Shown one piece after another: positions 18,195 to 27,720 of a stretch of DNA of 32,400 bases; positions within the stretch are counted from its first letter, which is position 1, and each line of letters opens with the position of its first letter. The position numbers were made by a program, and so were the translations under genes. The notes below the pieces were generated by a model. The model ran no database searches. It was not told where the DNA came from and worked only from the letters and a program-made list of their open reading frames with translations. Source of the stretch: Clostridiaceae bacterium (GTDB lineage Bacteria > Bacillota > Clostridia > CAYPLH01 > DUMO01); contig DUMO01000001.1 of NCBI GenBank assembly GCA_012839865.1, positions 1 through 32,400 of the forward strand, in the 5' to 3' direction.

Positions 18195-19498
18195 GATCCG
18201 ATCCCTCCCGGTTCTATGGCTTTTGCAACCTTTTTCCCAATCAGCACGGCATAATTCTGTCCCCTGTCCTCAGGGTAAATCTGAGCCATGCTTGCAATGT
18301 ATAAATTTTTAACCGGTGTGCAGAAATCAGGCAGCACAGCCGGGTAATTCCCTGTAACTACAGGCTGGGCATAAAGTGCTCTGTTTACATGTATATTTTT
18401 TATTATAGATTCGTCCATATCAGGAAAAATCCTTTTAAGTCCTTTGACGAATATTTTTGTAACAGAATCATCCAAAAGCCTGTACATTTCATCCTCCGGA
18501 TCAAGATACCTTGAAAGATATAAAATGCTGCCATTGTACCTTCCATCCTGAACAAGGTTTGTATGTTCTATTGCCAGCACGAAAGGAAAATCTTCCCCGG
18601 CAACGGTAATCCAGTACCAGGGTGATAGTCTATCAGACATTTCCAGCATCACGCAAATGTTGGCTTTATACTTGATGCCGGAAAGTCTCTTGACGTAACT
18701 TTCCGGAAGCTCCGGTGCAATATCCCCAAGCACCGCAGGTGCTGCCGTAACAACAACCCTGTCAAATACGCACTTTTCACCCCCTGCGGTAATACACAGC
18801 CTGTTGTCAGGTGTGGAGACAATTTCCGTAACACATGTATCTGTAAAAACCTGTCCGCCATTTTGCGTTATCCTTTCAACAAGGGTATCAAGAATCCTTT
18901 TAAAACTCCCGTCCATATACCCCAGCATCTCCCGGTTTAAATTCTTACCCCTTGTAGTCCCCCTCAGCTTAAACTTGTTCCATATCCAAACAGCTGAAAT
19001 ATTTTCAGCGTCCGCGCCAAATTTCGAATACAAAAGAGGTTTGAACACCTTCTCATATACATTCTTTCCTGCATTATTGACAATCCATTCCTTTGCACTG
19101 ATTTCCTCCAACGCTTTCCAGTCCCGCAACCGGGCAGCCTTCAGGACAGTCAATCCCATTTTTATTCTTTCCGGTACAGCCAGTTCTCTGAACATTAAAA
19201 GGTCAACAGGTGATGTAAAGGGATAAAGTTTGTTATTTATAAATATTGCATTCCTGGGCAAATACCAGCGAAGAACATCCTTTAGTCCCAGTTCCTCCAC
19301 CAGGGCAATTATCTCTGAATCGGTGGTAAATATATGGTGATAAAATTTCTCAACAGTCTCCCTGTTTACAGCTACGGTATCAACAAGGCCTCCGATGCTT
19401 TGCTCCTTTTCATAAACAAACACCCTGTGTCCCGCCTTTGAAAGCTCATATGCAGCAGTAAGCCCTCCGATTCCTCCACCTACAATACATATATTCAA
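18191..19498 (-). CDS. NAD(P)/FAD-dependent oxidoreductase (HemY-like superfamily, glycosylation-cluster type)
   Basis: GGGIGG, EKFYHHIF, IWNK, AQPV, SMAQIYPEDRGQN. Its TGA overlaps the PMT ATG (ATGA). TTG at 19498 with AGGGG RBS. Confidence 0.82.
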   Translation of the reverse strand: MNICIVGGGIGGLTAAYELSKAGHRVFVYEKEQSIGGLVDTVAVNRETVEKFYHHIFTTDSEIIALVEELGLKDVLRWYLPRNAIFINNKLYPFTSPVDLLMFRELAVPERIKMGLTVLKAARLRDWKALEEISAKEWIVNNAGKNVYEKVFKPLLYSKFGADAENISAVWIWNKFKLRGTTRGKNLNREMLGYMDGSFKRILDTLVERITQNGGQVFTDTCVTEIVSTPDNRLCITAGGEKCVFDRVVVTAAPAVLGDIAPELPESYVKRLSGIKYKANICVMLEMSDRLSPWYWITVAGEDFPFVLAIEHTNLVQDGRYNGSILYLSRYLDPEDEMYRLLDDSVTKIFVKGLKRIFPDMDESIIKNIHVNRALYAQPVVTGNYPAVLPDFCTPVKNLYIASMAQIYPEDRGQNYAVLIGKKVAKAIEPGGIGS

Positions 19499-19514
19499 AC
19501 TTATCACCCCTTTT

Positions 19515-20735
19515 TCAGCTTAAGCAGGTTTTCTTTTTTATTATCAAAACCATTTCATAAACTGCATAAAGCATTGCCAGCATTGTCACAACCGCTATTG
19601 CATATGCAATCGGGTCATTGGCTGAAACCCAGTATACCTTCCTGAAGGACAGGTAATATATATACCATTGATTTGCCAGATGGCATAAACTTAAGACAAC
19701 AAAGGAATACCAGAGCCTGGGGTTCCATAAAATGCATACCGCAAGAAAAATCAATGCCGGGAAAAGGTACCTCTCATGCATCCTGGTTCCAAACATGAAT
19801 ACTGCAAAACATATGAAATAGCCTGTATAATAAATGGCATAAGCGCTCTTGATGTTGCGCAGTATTGCAATAAAAGATACAATGACAACCAGTGTCAGGA
19901 TTATCAGGCTCCAGGCTGCATAAGTCCAACCTAAAAATGGCTGGTTGTCAGGAACAATCTGTCCTTTCGCCAATGTCCAGAAGTTGAAACCGTTTGCAGT
20001 GGCGTAAGGATAATCCCCTCCGCTTTTAAGATAAAGGTCAATTATCCATAAAATCGGGCGGTTGGCAGCAAAAGGCAAGGTAATAAAAATATAAGCACTT
20101 AAACCCCCAAGGATGGTCAATATGATTTTTCTTGCCGACACCTTCCGAAAGTACAGTATAAGGACTATCGGCGCCAAAACTGCGCTTTGGGGTTTTGTCA
20201 GCACGGCGGCTCCAAACAGAATGGCAGCCGTAATACTCCTTTTTGTGTTGAAGCAATATATCACCCCAAGCAGCATGGTAGCCGGAATTGAATCAAACTG
20301 TCCCCAGATGGATGAGTTGAAAAAAACAGCCGGGTTCAGGGAATATAATATTCCAAGCACCAGACCCAGCCGTTCCTTTCCGTATTTTTTCCCGATAAGG
20401 AATATGAGCAGCCCTCCAATAATGTCAGAAGCTACCGACCAGAATTTAATAAGAAACACATGGGTTCCGTAACCCAGGGAGAATATCTTTGCGATTTTTC
20501 CCGTAAACCATAAAAGATACATATATGCCGGAGCATACACAATGTGAAATGTGTCATACACACGGGAAAAACCGTACTCTGCCATATAAGCGCTCCATGC
20601 CTGATATCCCCGCATATCTATTTCATAACTTGGCAACAGGGTGAGAAGCAATCTTGCAAAGATAGCACAAACCACCACCCCTGGTATTGCGGGTAAAAAT
20701 GATTTTAAATCAATACGTCCTGTTTGATTTTTCAT
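19515..20735 (-). CDS. GT-C fold membrane glycosyltransferase (Gpi18/PIG-M-like)
   Basis: About 10 TM segments; YEID, YAPAY, NPAVFFNSSIWGQFDS, KPQS, NGFNFW, MHERYLFP. ATG at 20735 with GGGGG RBS. Confidence 0.72.
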   Translation of the reverse strand: MKNQTGRIDLKSFLPAIPGVVVCAIFARLLLTLLPSYEIDMRGYQAWSAYMAEYGFSRVYDTFHIVYAPAYMYLLWFTGKIAKIFSLGYGTHVFLIKFWSVASDIIGGLLIFLIGKKYGKERLGLVLGILYSLNPAVFFNSSIWGQFDSIPATMLLGVIYCFNTKRSITAAILFGAAVLTKPQSAVLAPIVLILYFRKVSARKIILTILGGLSAYIFITLPFAANRPILWIIDLYLKSGGDYPYATANGFNFWTLAKGQIVPDNQPFLGWTYAAWSLIILTLVVIVSFIAILRNIKSAYAIYYTGYFICFAVFMFGTRMHERYLFPALIFLAVCILWNPRLWYSFVVLSLCHLANQWYIYYLSFRKVYWVSANDPIAYAIAVVTMLAMLYAVYEMVLIIKKKTCLS

Positions 20736-20797
20736 GAAAACCCCCAAAACATTAATTATAGGTGTGCCATTTATCTGTCCAGCCTGCAGTGGAAAAG

Positions 20798-22963
20798 TTA
20801 GTACGTCCGGTATATTGTATAATTTTGATTTATGTAAACCGGTTTGAAGTTTTCTTTAATCAATTTCTCATTCAAACTGTATTCGGTACTGTTTCTATTG
20901 CCGTCTTCCACAACTATATAACTTATTCCATACTTTTCGATTAACTTCCTTATTTCCCCTATATTACTTCCCCCATATATTTTACGTACCACATCAGCTC
21001 TTTCATATGTATTATACCCGGCAGACCAGGCATAGTAAGGCCAGCCATAGAACAACCTGCGCCCGGCAAGCAAGACAGGATCAATACAATAAGCATCTGT
21101 GAGAAATATCTCATCCGGGGCTGTATTGTTTGCGACCCATTCCAGCACAGGATCGTCTAGTTTAAGCTCTACTCTCCTTTTATCCATGTTGTAAAGGGTT
21201 ATTATATCCGCAAAGCCTGTTACCGTTAGCAGAAATATTAAAATAACAGCCACCGGTATCGTCCACACCTTTCGGCTTCTGACAAGGCAGCTTACAAAAT
21301 TCGCTGATATAATTCCCAAAAAGATTACTCCCATTATTACATATTTATGATTAACCGTTATGTCAGGGGTAAGCTTGAGGGTCGTGGCAAGCACTATCGG
21401 GGCAATGAAGGCAAGGGTGAGAATGCGTCCTCCCTTTGGAAGAATAAAAAGGGCGGAAATAATCACAAAAGGTAAAACCCCCAGCAATTCAACATAATAT
21501 TTTATGATTCCGGTAAACTCTTTGGTTCCTGACAGAAAACCGATAAAAAGCCCGGGGCTTACAGCAGATACTCCCCTGCCAATAAAAAATTCCGATTCAA
21601 GAAATGCCAAAACCGTGGTGATGACCGCAATTATCAGAAATTCAAGCCTGTGCTTGGAGAAGACCGCCAGCACAAATAAAACAGAAATCCCCGCAATTAC
21701 CACTGCGCCGTTCCAAAAACTCAAAAGTCCGAAAACAACTCCGGCAAAAACAGCTCTTTCCAAGTTCTGAGGCAGCCATGCATCACGCCTTAGAACAAAC
21801 TCCTCCGCCCAGCCTCCAATCCGGAATAAGAATCGTTTAGCCAGGCTTTTTATTGTACATACCGGATTATGCACCCCATACTTCATTCTATCCATAAAGG
21901 AGTTTGCTTCACATATAGCTAATGCTTCGTCATCAGAATCTCCACAGGTCGCTGTCGCCGTCAATTCATGAATTTTCCATATCATCTTCCTTAAAAGAGG
22001 AAGAATGGCTATTATAATAAGAATCAGTATTCCCAAAGCAAAAGGAAAATGCCGCTGGTTTACATAAACTTTTTGCGCCCATAAGCCCCAGTCTTCATGG
22101 GTTGTCCTCCCTATGTGGCTTTCACTGTTTGCCAAAATCCTCTTCAACCCGGTGGCAAGTGAATCAAAACAGCTGATAAAAGTAAAAAATGCAAAGGAAC
22201 TTCTGAAAAAGAAAAATACCGAAGCAAGAATCCCCGTAAGCCTGCTGTTGAAAATAAGGACTGCAAGAGAATATAAAAGCATGTGGAAGGATACTATCGA
22301 CAATACGCTTGGCAGGTTGAAAGCCCAGTCGATGGGCAGTCCCAGGTATTCAAGGTTTCCTGCCAGGAACTGGAACATGAAATGATATCTTATGCCATCG
22401 CCCGCAAAATGCGGATATTCTGTCGGAAAATTTTTGCCCATGGAAAAGGAGCGTATAACCGAAAGATGAGGGCCAAAATCACTATACACCGAGAAACCGA
22501 TTCTTAATGTATTTCCGGAAACACTTAATGACCTGACCATGAAAAACGACCAGACAACCAGGGAGACAATAATAAGTATAATTTCAACAAAGTTTGCCCT
22601 GACAAAGCCAGTGACAAATCCGGGAGTCCTGACTCTGTCTATAAGTTTTTTGTACCGTTCAGTTTTCCGGACCGCAGATAATAAAACAAATGCCGCAGAT
22701 GCCCAAATTGCAACCAAATTTCCGTAAAGCATGGGATCTTTGGTGTTTCTGAACATATAAGCGGCAAGATATGTAATCCAAACCATTACAAGAGTGCCTG
22801 TAAGGAACGCCCCGGGAAGAAGTATCATCCATGACCCGAGATTGACCTTTTCTCCGGTAAGGCACCGGGTCTTGTCCAACCTTTCAAGGTATGGAACAAT
22901 CTTTCTTGTTATGTACAATCCTGTACAACAGGCTAAAAAAATATACAGAATCGCCGGCATCAT
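20798..22963 (-). CDS. Large polytopic membrane protein, probable GT-C-type glycosyltransferase
   Basis: More than 12 TM segments; loop SDFGPH...EYPHFAGDGIRYHF; C-terminal soluble domain WVANNTAPDEIFLT...LAGRRLFYGWP; sits inside the glycosylation operon. Confidence 0.62.
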   Translation of the reverse strand: MMPAILYIFLACCTGLYITRKIVPYLERLDKTRCLTGEKVNLGSWMILLPGAFLTGTLVMVWITYLAAYMFRNTKDPMLYGNLVAIWASAAFVLLSAVRKTERYKKLIDRVRTPGFVTGFVRANFVEIILIIVSLVVWSFFMVRSLSVSGNTLRIGFSVYSDFGPHLSVIRSFSMGKNFPTEYPHFAGDGIRYHFMFQFLAGNLEYLGLPIDWAFNLPSVLSIVSFHMLLYSLAVLIFNSRLTGILASVFFFFRSSFAFFTFISCFDSLATGLKRILANSESHIGRTTHEDWGLWAQKVYVNQRHFPFALGILILIIIAILPLLRKMIWKIHELTATATCGDSDDEALAICEANSFMDRMKYGVHNPVCTIKSLAKRFLFRIGGWAEEFVLRRDAWLPQNLERAVFAGVVFGLLSFWNGAVVIAGISVLFVLAVFSKHRLEFLIIAVITTVLAFLESEFFIGRGVSAVSPGLFIGFLSGTKEFTGIIKYYVELLGVLPFVIISALFILPKGGRILTLAFIAPIVLATTLKLTPDITVNHKYVIMGVIFLGIISANFVSCLVRSRKVWTIPVAVILIFLLTVTGFADIITLYNMDKRRVELKLDDPVLEWVANNTAPDEIFLTDAYCIDPVLLAGRRLFYGWPYYAWSAGYNTYERADVVRKIYGGSNIGEIRKLIEKYGISYIVVEDGNRNSTEYSLNEKLIKENFKPVYINQNYTIYRTY

Positions 22964-22987
22964 ATCCCCCTGCCAATTCTTAGTTTT

Positions 22988-23968
22988 CTATTTTAACAGG
23001 TTCTCCTCCCTGGCATAATTTCCAGCATCAAGAGCCTGGAATTTGTCTGTTTTTTCCGATACAAGGTACCTGGGTCTTCCTTTGACCTCTTCGTATATTT
23101 TAGCAATATATGTGCCGATAATTCCCAGGCTTATCATAAGGGTGCTTCCGATAATCAAAAGCAGCAATATTACCGTGGTAAAACCGCTTACTGCAATATT
23201 GCGAAATTTCATGTACAAGGTCTGCAATCCAAGTATGAATGAACCTGCCAGGAACAAAGCTCCCAGAAATGTAACTATATAAAGGGGCATTGAGGAAAAA
23301 GAAGTAATGGCGTTTATTGCAAGCTTCATCAATTTAAAGGCAGACCATTTGCTTCTTCCGCTATTTCGTTCCTTGACTTCAAAGGGTATGCTGGCCCGGT
23401 TGAACCCTGTCCATGCTGACATGCCCCTGAAGAAAGTATTCCTCTCTCCCATGGTTTTCAATGCTTCTATAACTTTCGCATCCAGCAGTTTAAAATCAGA
23501 GGCTCTGTCAAGGTCAATGCCTGACATCATATGCAGAACTTTATAAAAGGACAAGGCACATATCTTGTTTATAAACCTTTCCCGGCCCCGGGCAATCTTT
23601 ACCCCCTCCACCACATCAAATCCGTCAACTGCCCAAAGCTTGAGCATTTCAGGTATTATTTCAGGAGGATGCTGAAGATCGGAGTCCATTATTATGCATG
23701 CATCGGGGTTGACATTTTCAATTCCTGCACACAATGCCGCTTCTTTCCCAAAATTCCTGCTTAAGCGAAGACCCCGGACATTGTCAAAGTTATCTGAAAG
23801 GCGGGTTATTTCCCCCCAGGTGTTATCCTTAGAACCATCATCAACAAGTACAATTTCAAAATCATACAGCTTTGTGTCCAGATATTGATTTATTTCAGAA
23901 ACATTGTCAAAAATCTTTTCGCCTTCGTTATATACGGGAATAATCACCGATACCAACTTTTTCTCCAT
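22988..23968 (-). CDS. GT2 polyprenol-phosphate glycosyltransferase (DPM1-like, GtrB type)
   Basis: SVIIPVYNE, DDGSKD, SRNFGKEAA, DSDLQHPPE, SDFKLLD, two TMs, IYEEVKGRPRY. Confidence 0.92.
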   Translation of the reverse strand: MEKKLVSVIIPVYNEGEKIFDNVSEINQYLDTKLYDFEIVLVDDGSKDNTWGEITRLSDNFDNVRGLRLSRNFGKEAALCAGIENVNPDACIIMDSDLQHPPEIIPEMLKLWAVDGFDVVEGVKIARGRERFINKICALSFYKVLHMMSGIDLDRASDFKLLDAKVIEALKTMGERNTFFRGMSAWTGFNRASIPFEVKERNSGRSKWSAFKLMKLAINAITSFSSMPLYIVTFLGALFLAGSFILGLQTLYMKFRNIAVSGFTTVILLLLIIGSTLMISLGIIGTYIAKIYEEVKGRPRYLVSEKTDKFQALDAGNYAREENLLK

Positions 23969-24046
23969 ATTAACCCCCTGTTTTTTTGCGATGTATGAAC
24001 TCCCTGATGAAAACTCGGACCCTTCACCGTCAACCCGGATAAGTCC

Positions 24047-24481
24047 CTAACGATAAATAATCTTCTTATATATTACAAAATTCCAGGATACAACAGCTCC
24101 CATAATAAGCACCTTTGAAATCTGGGGCGGAATCCCCGCCATATCTGATAATAAATACATCAGCCCGTTTGTAGCGAATATATTGATAAAAAACAAGCAA
24201 CCATAAAGAACAAGCTGCTTCTTTATATTTTCCCTGGACTTGAAGGACCAGTATCTGTTCAGCAGAAAATTGAACCAGAATATAATAATATAGGCAATTG
24301 TGTTGGCTGTAATATACCACAGCCTGATTACCTGAAAAAGCAGTGTAAAAATGGAATACTCAAGGGCAAAGGATAAGCAGCCTGTAATAAAATACTTTTT
24401 AAACTGCTCGAAAGTCCTTTCATTCAGGAATTCATTCAAAAACGGTATTTTTGCAAGTTTGTCCCTTACCTCAGCCAACAT
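24047..24481 (-). CDS. GtrA family flippase-like membrane protein
   Basis: QFKKYFITG, ANTIAY...FNFLLNRYWSF, KVL...VSWNFVIYKKIIY. Start moved to the ATG at 24481 (GGGGGA RBS). Confidence 0.88.
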   Translation of the reverse strand: MLAEVRDKLAKIPFLNEFLNERTFEQFKKYFITGCLSFALEYSIFTLLFQVIRLWYITANTIAYIIIFWFNFLLNRYWSFKSRENIKKQLVLYGCLFFINIFATNGLMYLLSDMAGIPPQISKVLIMGAVVSWNFVIYKKIIYR

Positions 24482-24925
24482 TACATCTTCCCCCAGAATT
24501 GTTTTTACCAAGGCAAAACAATAATAATAATATGTAATTGATTCAGAAAACTCCGACAGTAAACATACTACCACTAATTAGCAGTATTTTACAAGATATG
24601 TTTTTGGCACCCTAACCGACTTGAATTACACCTGCACCATAATGCACTAATACACACATTTTCATGTATTGCATTAATATCTTATTAAGATAAAATTGAT
24701 TTTTCACCTAAACACCGACACCAAAAAAATTATATCAAATTGAAACATGTTTTGCAAATTATATTTTTATACCCTGATGTCTGAACAGTTGCTAAATCTT
24801 GCCTGATATTCAGTATGGTATTCTGTTCTCCGGGCAAAAGAAGCAAAAAGGACATTGCCATGCGCAGCGGCCAGAGGCTTTTTGGATTATGTCCTGTGCC
24901 TTATGCATTGATATGCATTTTGCAA

Positions 24926-24954
24926 TTGAATAATTTGCTAATTTAAAATATAAT
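24926..24954 (+). promoter_or_regulatory. Putative sigA promoter for the PHP gene
   Basis: TTGAAT-17 nt-TATAAT. Confidence 0.55.
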
Positions 24955-25036
24955 GATTAATGCATTTCACTTTGCATCAAGATAATAATTCTTTATGGTT
25001 ACACTAATAATATAAATCTGTCCAAAGGAGATAAAA

Positions 25037-25870
25037 ATGCAGTTTGACAGGAACACAAAGGTTGATTTGCACTTGCACACCACAGCTTCAGATGGAACAT
25101 GGCAGCCAGAGGAACTGATAGAAGAGTTGATTAAAAGTGATATAAAAATCTTTTCAGTTACAGACCACGACTCTACTGACAGTGTAACCAGGACCGGTAT
25201 ATTAGCACTGGAACATAATCTTAAATTTATACCGGGAGTGGAAATTACAACTTCATGGGGCGAAATTACCCCCCACATACTGGGATATGGGATCGATGCA
25301 GAAAACCCGCATTTATCTTCATTGCTTGAAAACAACAGGTGCCTCCTGGAAAAAAAGGATACGGACAGCATTAAGTATCTGGAAAGTCGGGGATATGATG
25401 TATCCATGGAAGAATATGAAAAGTTTGTGGACAATCCTGCCCTTGGCGGATGGAAGGCGGTCAATTATGCAAAGTATAAAAAACTGTGCTCAAATCATCT
25501 GGAATTTTTCAAACTCTTTGAAGGATATGAAGGCTTTTTTAAAAAAATAAATTATTGTCCGGCGGAGGAGGCAATAAAGGCAATAAAGGATGCCGGCGGC
25601 ATACCTGTCCTGGCCCATCCGGGTGCAGACTTTTACGGAGAAGACTACCAAAAGGTTATTCACGATATGATTGATAATGGAATTATGGGGCTTGAATGCT
25701 ATCATCCTGACAATAGCCGTGAAGTAACAGAATACAGTCTTAAAATATGTAAAAAGAAAGGTCTGTTGATAACAACAGGTTCCGATTGTCATGGAGGTTT
25801 TGTCTCTTCAAGGAAACTGGGAAATCCCCCTGTAACGCTTGATATGCTCAACCTGGAAGGTCTGCTTTAG
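25037..25870 (+). CDS. PHP domain metal-dependent phosphoesterase (TrpH/YciV-like)
   Basis: DLHLHTTASDG, VTDHD, PGVEI, HILGY, VLAHP, GLECYH, GSDCHG; AAGGAG RBS. Confidence 0.92.
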   Translation: MQFDRNTKVDLHLHTTASDGTWQPEELIEELIKSDIKIFSVTDHDSTDSVTRTGILALEHNLKFIPGVEITTSWGEITPHILGYGIDAENPHLSSLLENNRCLLEKKDTDSIKYLESRGYDVSMEEYEKFVDNPALGGWKAVNYAKYKKLCSNHLEFFKLFEGYEGFFKKINYCPAEEAIKAIKDAGGIPVLAHPGADFYGEDYQKVIHDMIDNGIMGLECYHPDNSREVTEYSLKICKKKGLLITTGSDCHGGFVSSRKLGNPPVTLDMLNLEGLL

Positions 25871-25955
25871 TTGAGCCTTTATCCCGGTGAATTTTAGCAT
25901 GGGCTTTCGGCTAAACCTTTATATGCTGTTTAATGATTTTACCAGTAAAAAAAAC

Positions 25956-25984
25956 TTTACATCGAAAATAAATGACTTTATAAT
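25956..25984 (+). promoter_or_regulatory. Putative sigA promoter upstream of the RuBisCO-like gene
   Basis: TTTACA-17 nt-TATAAT, ~390 nt before the likely start codon. Confidence 0.45.
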
Positions 25985-26376
25985 TAGTAATGAAATAACG
26001 CAACTTGCTTTGTCCGGATGTTTTCACCGCACAAGGCAATGAAAAAAAGCATGATTATAACAAAAAATATTGCTGAACTGATTTAGCATACAATAGCACC
26101 GCAAATGAACCCGCCCTCCGGGTAGGCTCGGCATGGCGGGATTTTAAATTGAAAAGTCACTTTCATTTAATACTGACAGAATATATTGTATGGCAGACTC
26201 AGTCTGTTTATTTTTTGCTATAAATCATGATATATAAGGTTTTAGATCAAAATGAAGGGCTGGTCTTTCAATATTTCAGGTTAAATCATTCTGGAAAAAT
26301 TTAATATATAAAATATTCCGGTTACTTGTTAAAGGAGAGTTAATTAATGAATATAAGCAATTTTAAGGGGACAGAT

Positions 26377-27501
26377 ATGCAATTATCAGGAGAGCGAATT
26401 AAAGTAACCTATAAAATATTCGGTGAAGAAGAAGAAGCCTTAAAAATGGCAAAGGATATTTGCCTTGAGGACACCATAGGCCTTCCTGAAAATCTAATCC
26501 CAGGCAACAGAATAAGTTCACAAATCAAAGGTACCGTTGATTCCCTCGAATCCCCCGAAAGCGAAGTGTATTATGCAGTTGTGAGTTTCGCTGTTGAAGC
26601 TGCGGAAGGGGAACTGACCCAGTTGCTCAATGTAGTATTTGGCAACTTAAGTATAAAACCTGGTGTACAGGTAGTGAAAATTGAATTGCCTGAATCACTG
26701 CTGAGTCTTTATAACGGACCCAGGTACGGAATTTCCGGTCTTCGAAAGCTTCTTGGAATACAAAAGCGTCCACTTCTTTCCGCTGATTTGAAACCCATTG
26801 GCTTGACATCCGAAGAACTCTCCAAACTGGCTTATGAGCTGGCACTCAATGGAATAGATATAATCAGGGATGACCATGCTTTAACAGACCAGACTTTTGC
26901 CCCCTTTGATGAAAGGGTGTCCATGTGCTGTGAAGCAGTTCGAAAAGCAAACTCAATAACAGGGTTTAAAAGCATATATGTACCTAATATTACAGCACCA
27001 TACGATGAAATCTTCCTAAGAGCGGAAACAGCAAAGAAAGAAGGTGCGGGAGGATTATTAATCTGTCCCGGTCTTACCGGATTTGACGCAATGAGGTGTG
27101 TCACAGACGATATAAACATAGCCCTTCCGATATTCAGTCATCCGGCATTTTTGGGAAGCTTCACCGTAGGTCCCGACGGCATCTCCCATAGTGTCATTTA
27201 TGGACAAATCGTGCGTCTTGCAGGAGCTGACGTGACAATTTTTCCTAATTACGATTACAGTTTCTCAATTAACGAGAAAGACTGCAGGGAGATTGTTTCA
27301 AGTGCCAAAGACCCATTGGGGCATATAAAGAACATGATGCCAAACCCAATTGGTTCAGCAGGTCTTGAGAGCCTCCATGAAAATGTAAATTTCTATGGAA
27401 ACGATGTAATTTTGCAGGCCGGAAGGGATCTATATCAAAACGATATCGGAGAAAACTGCATTCGTTACAGAAACACACTTTTAGGCATTGTCAGGAAATA
27501 A
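26377..27501 (+). CDS. RuBisCO-like protein (form IV, RLP) with substituted active-site residues
   Basis: LTQLLNVVFGNLS, GPRYGISGLRKLLG...RPLL...LKP.G, GIDIIRDDH.L.DQ.FAPF.ERV, YVPNIT, HPAF.G, RLAGAD..IFP. ATG at 26377 with AAGGGG RBS (ORF begins at 26347). Confidence 0.88.
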   Translation: MQLSGERIKVTYKIFGEEEEALKMAKDICLEDTIGLPENLIPGNRISSQIKGTVDSLESPESEVYYAVVSFAVEAAEGELTQLLNVVFGNLSIKPGVQVVKIELPESLLSLYNGPRYGISGLRKLLGIQKRPLLSADLKPIGLTSEELSKLAYELALNGIDIIRDDHALTDQTFAPFDERVSMCCEAVRKANSITGFKSIYVPNITAPYDEIFLRAETAKKEGAGGLLICPGLTGFDAMRCVTDDINIALPIFSHPAFLGSFTVGPDGISHSVIYGQIVRLAGADVTIFPNYDYSFSINEKDCREIVSSAKDPLGHIKNMMPNPIGSAGLESLHENVNFYGNDVILQAGRDLYQNDIGENCIRYRNTLLGIVRK

Positions 27502-27606
27502 AAACGGGGCTTGGCAATTTATTCAGCAGTATCCAACTGTATGAAAAAATAAAACAGGTTTCGTTGATTCGTTCAGCAGAATCAAGCTAAATAAACTTTC
27601 CAGCAT

Positions 27607-27637
27607 AAAAAGCGGGGCACATTACCCCGCTTTTTTT
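27607..27637. terminator. Bidirectional intrinsic terminator
   Basis: AAAAAGCGGGG-CACATTA-CCCCGCTTTTTTT between the convergent RLP and asd genes. Confidence 0.85.
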
Positions 27638-27720
27638 ATTTTTCAGAATATCATTTTTTCGAACTGTATCGTCAACATTATGGTAATTTATTAACTGCAT
27701 CCCGAATATAACGGTGAGCC

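Noticed and set aside
9909..19498. Calling either flavoprotein hemY (protoporphyrinogen oxidase)
   Set aside because: Only the FAD-binding fold is shared; the context is glycosylation and no hem genes are nearby.
14069..24481. Link to cellulosome scaffoldin glycosylation
   Set aside because: No cohesin, dockerin or scaffoldin genes are in the window, so the acceptor cannot be assigned from sequence.
26377..27501. CO2-fixing RuBisCO
   Set aside because: Short (~374 aa), lacks KDDE and loop 6, and no cbbS or PRK nearby; form IV features only.
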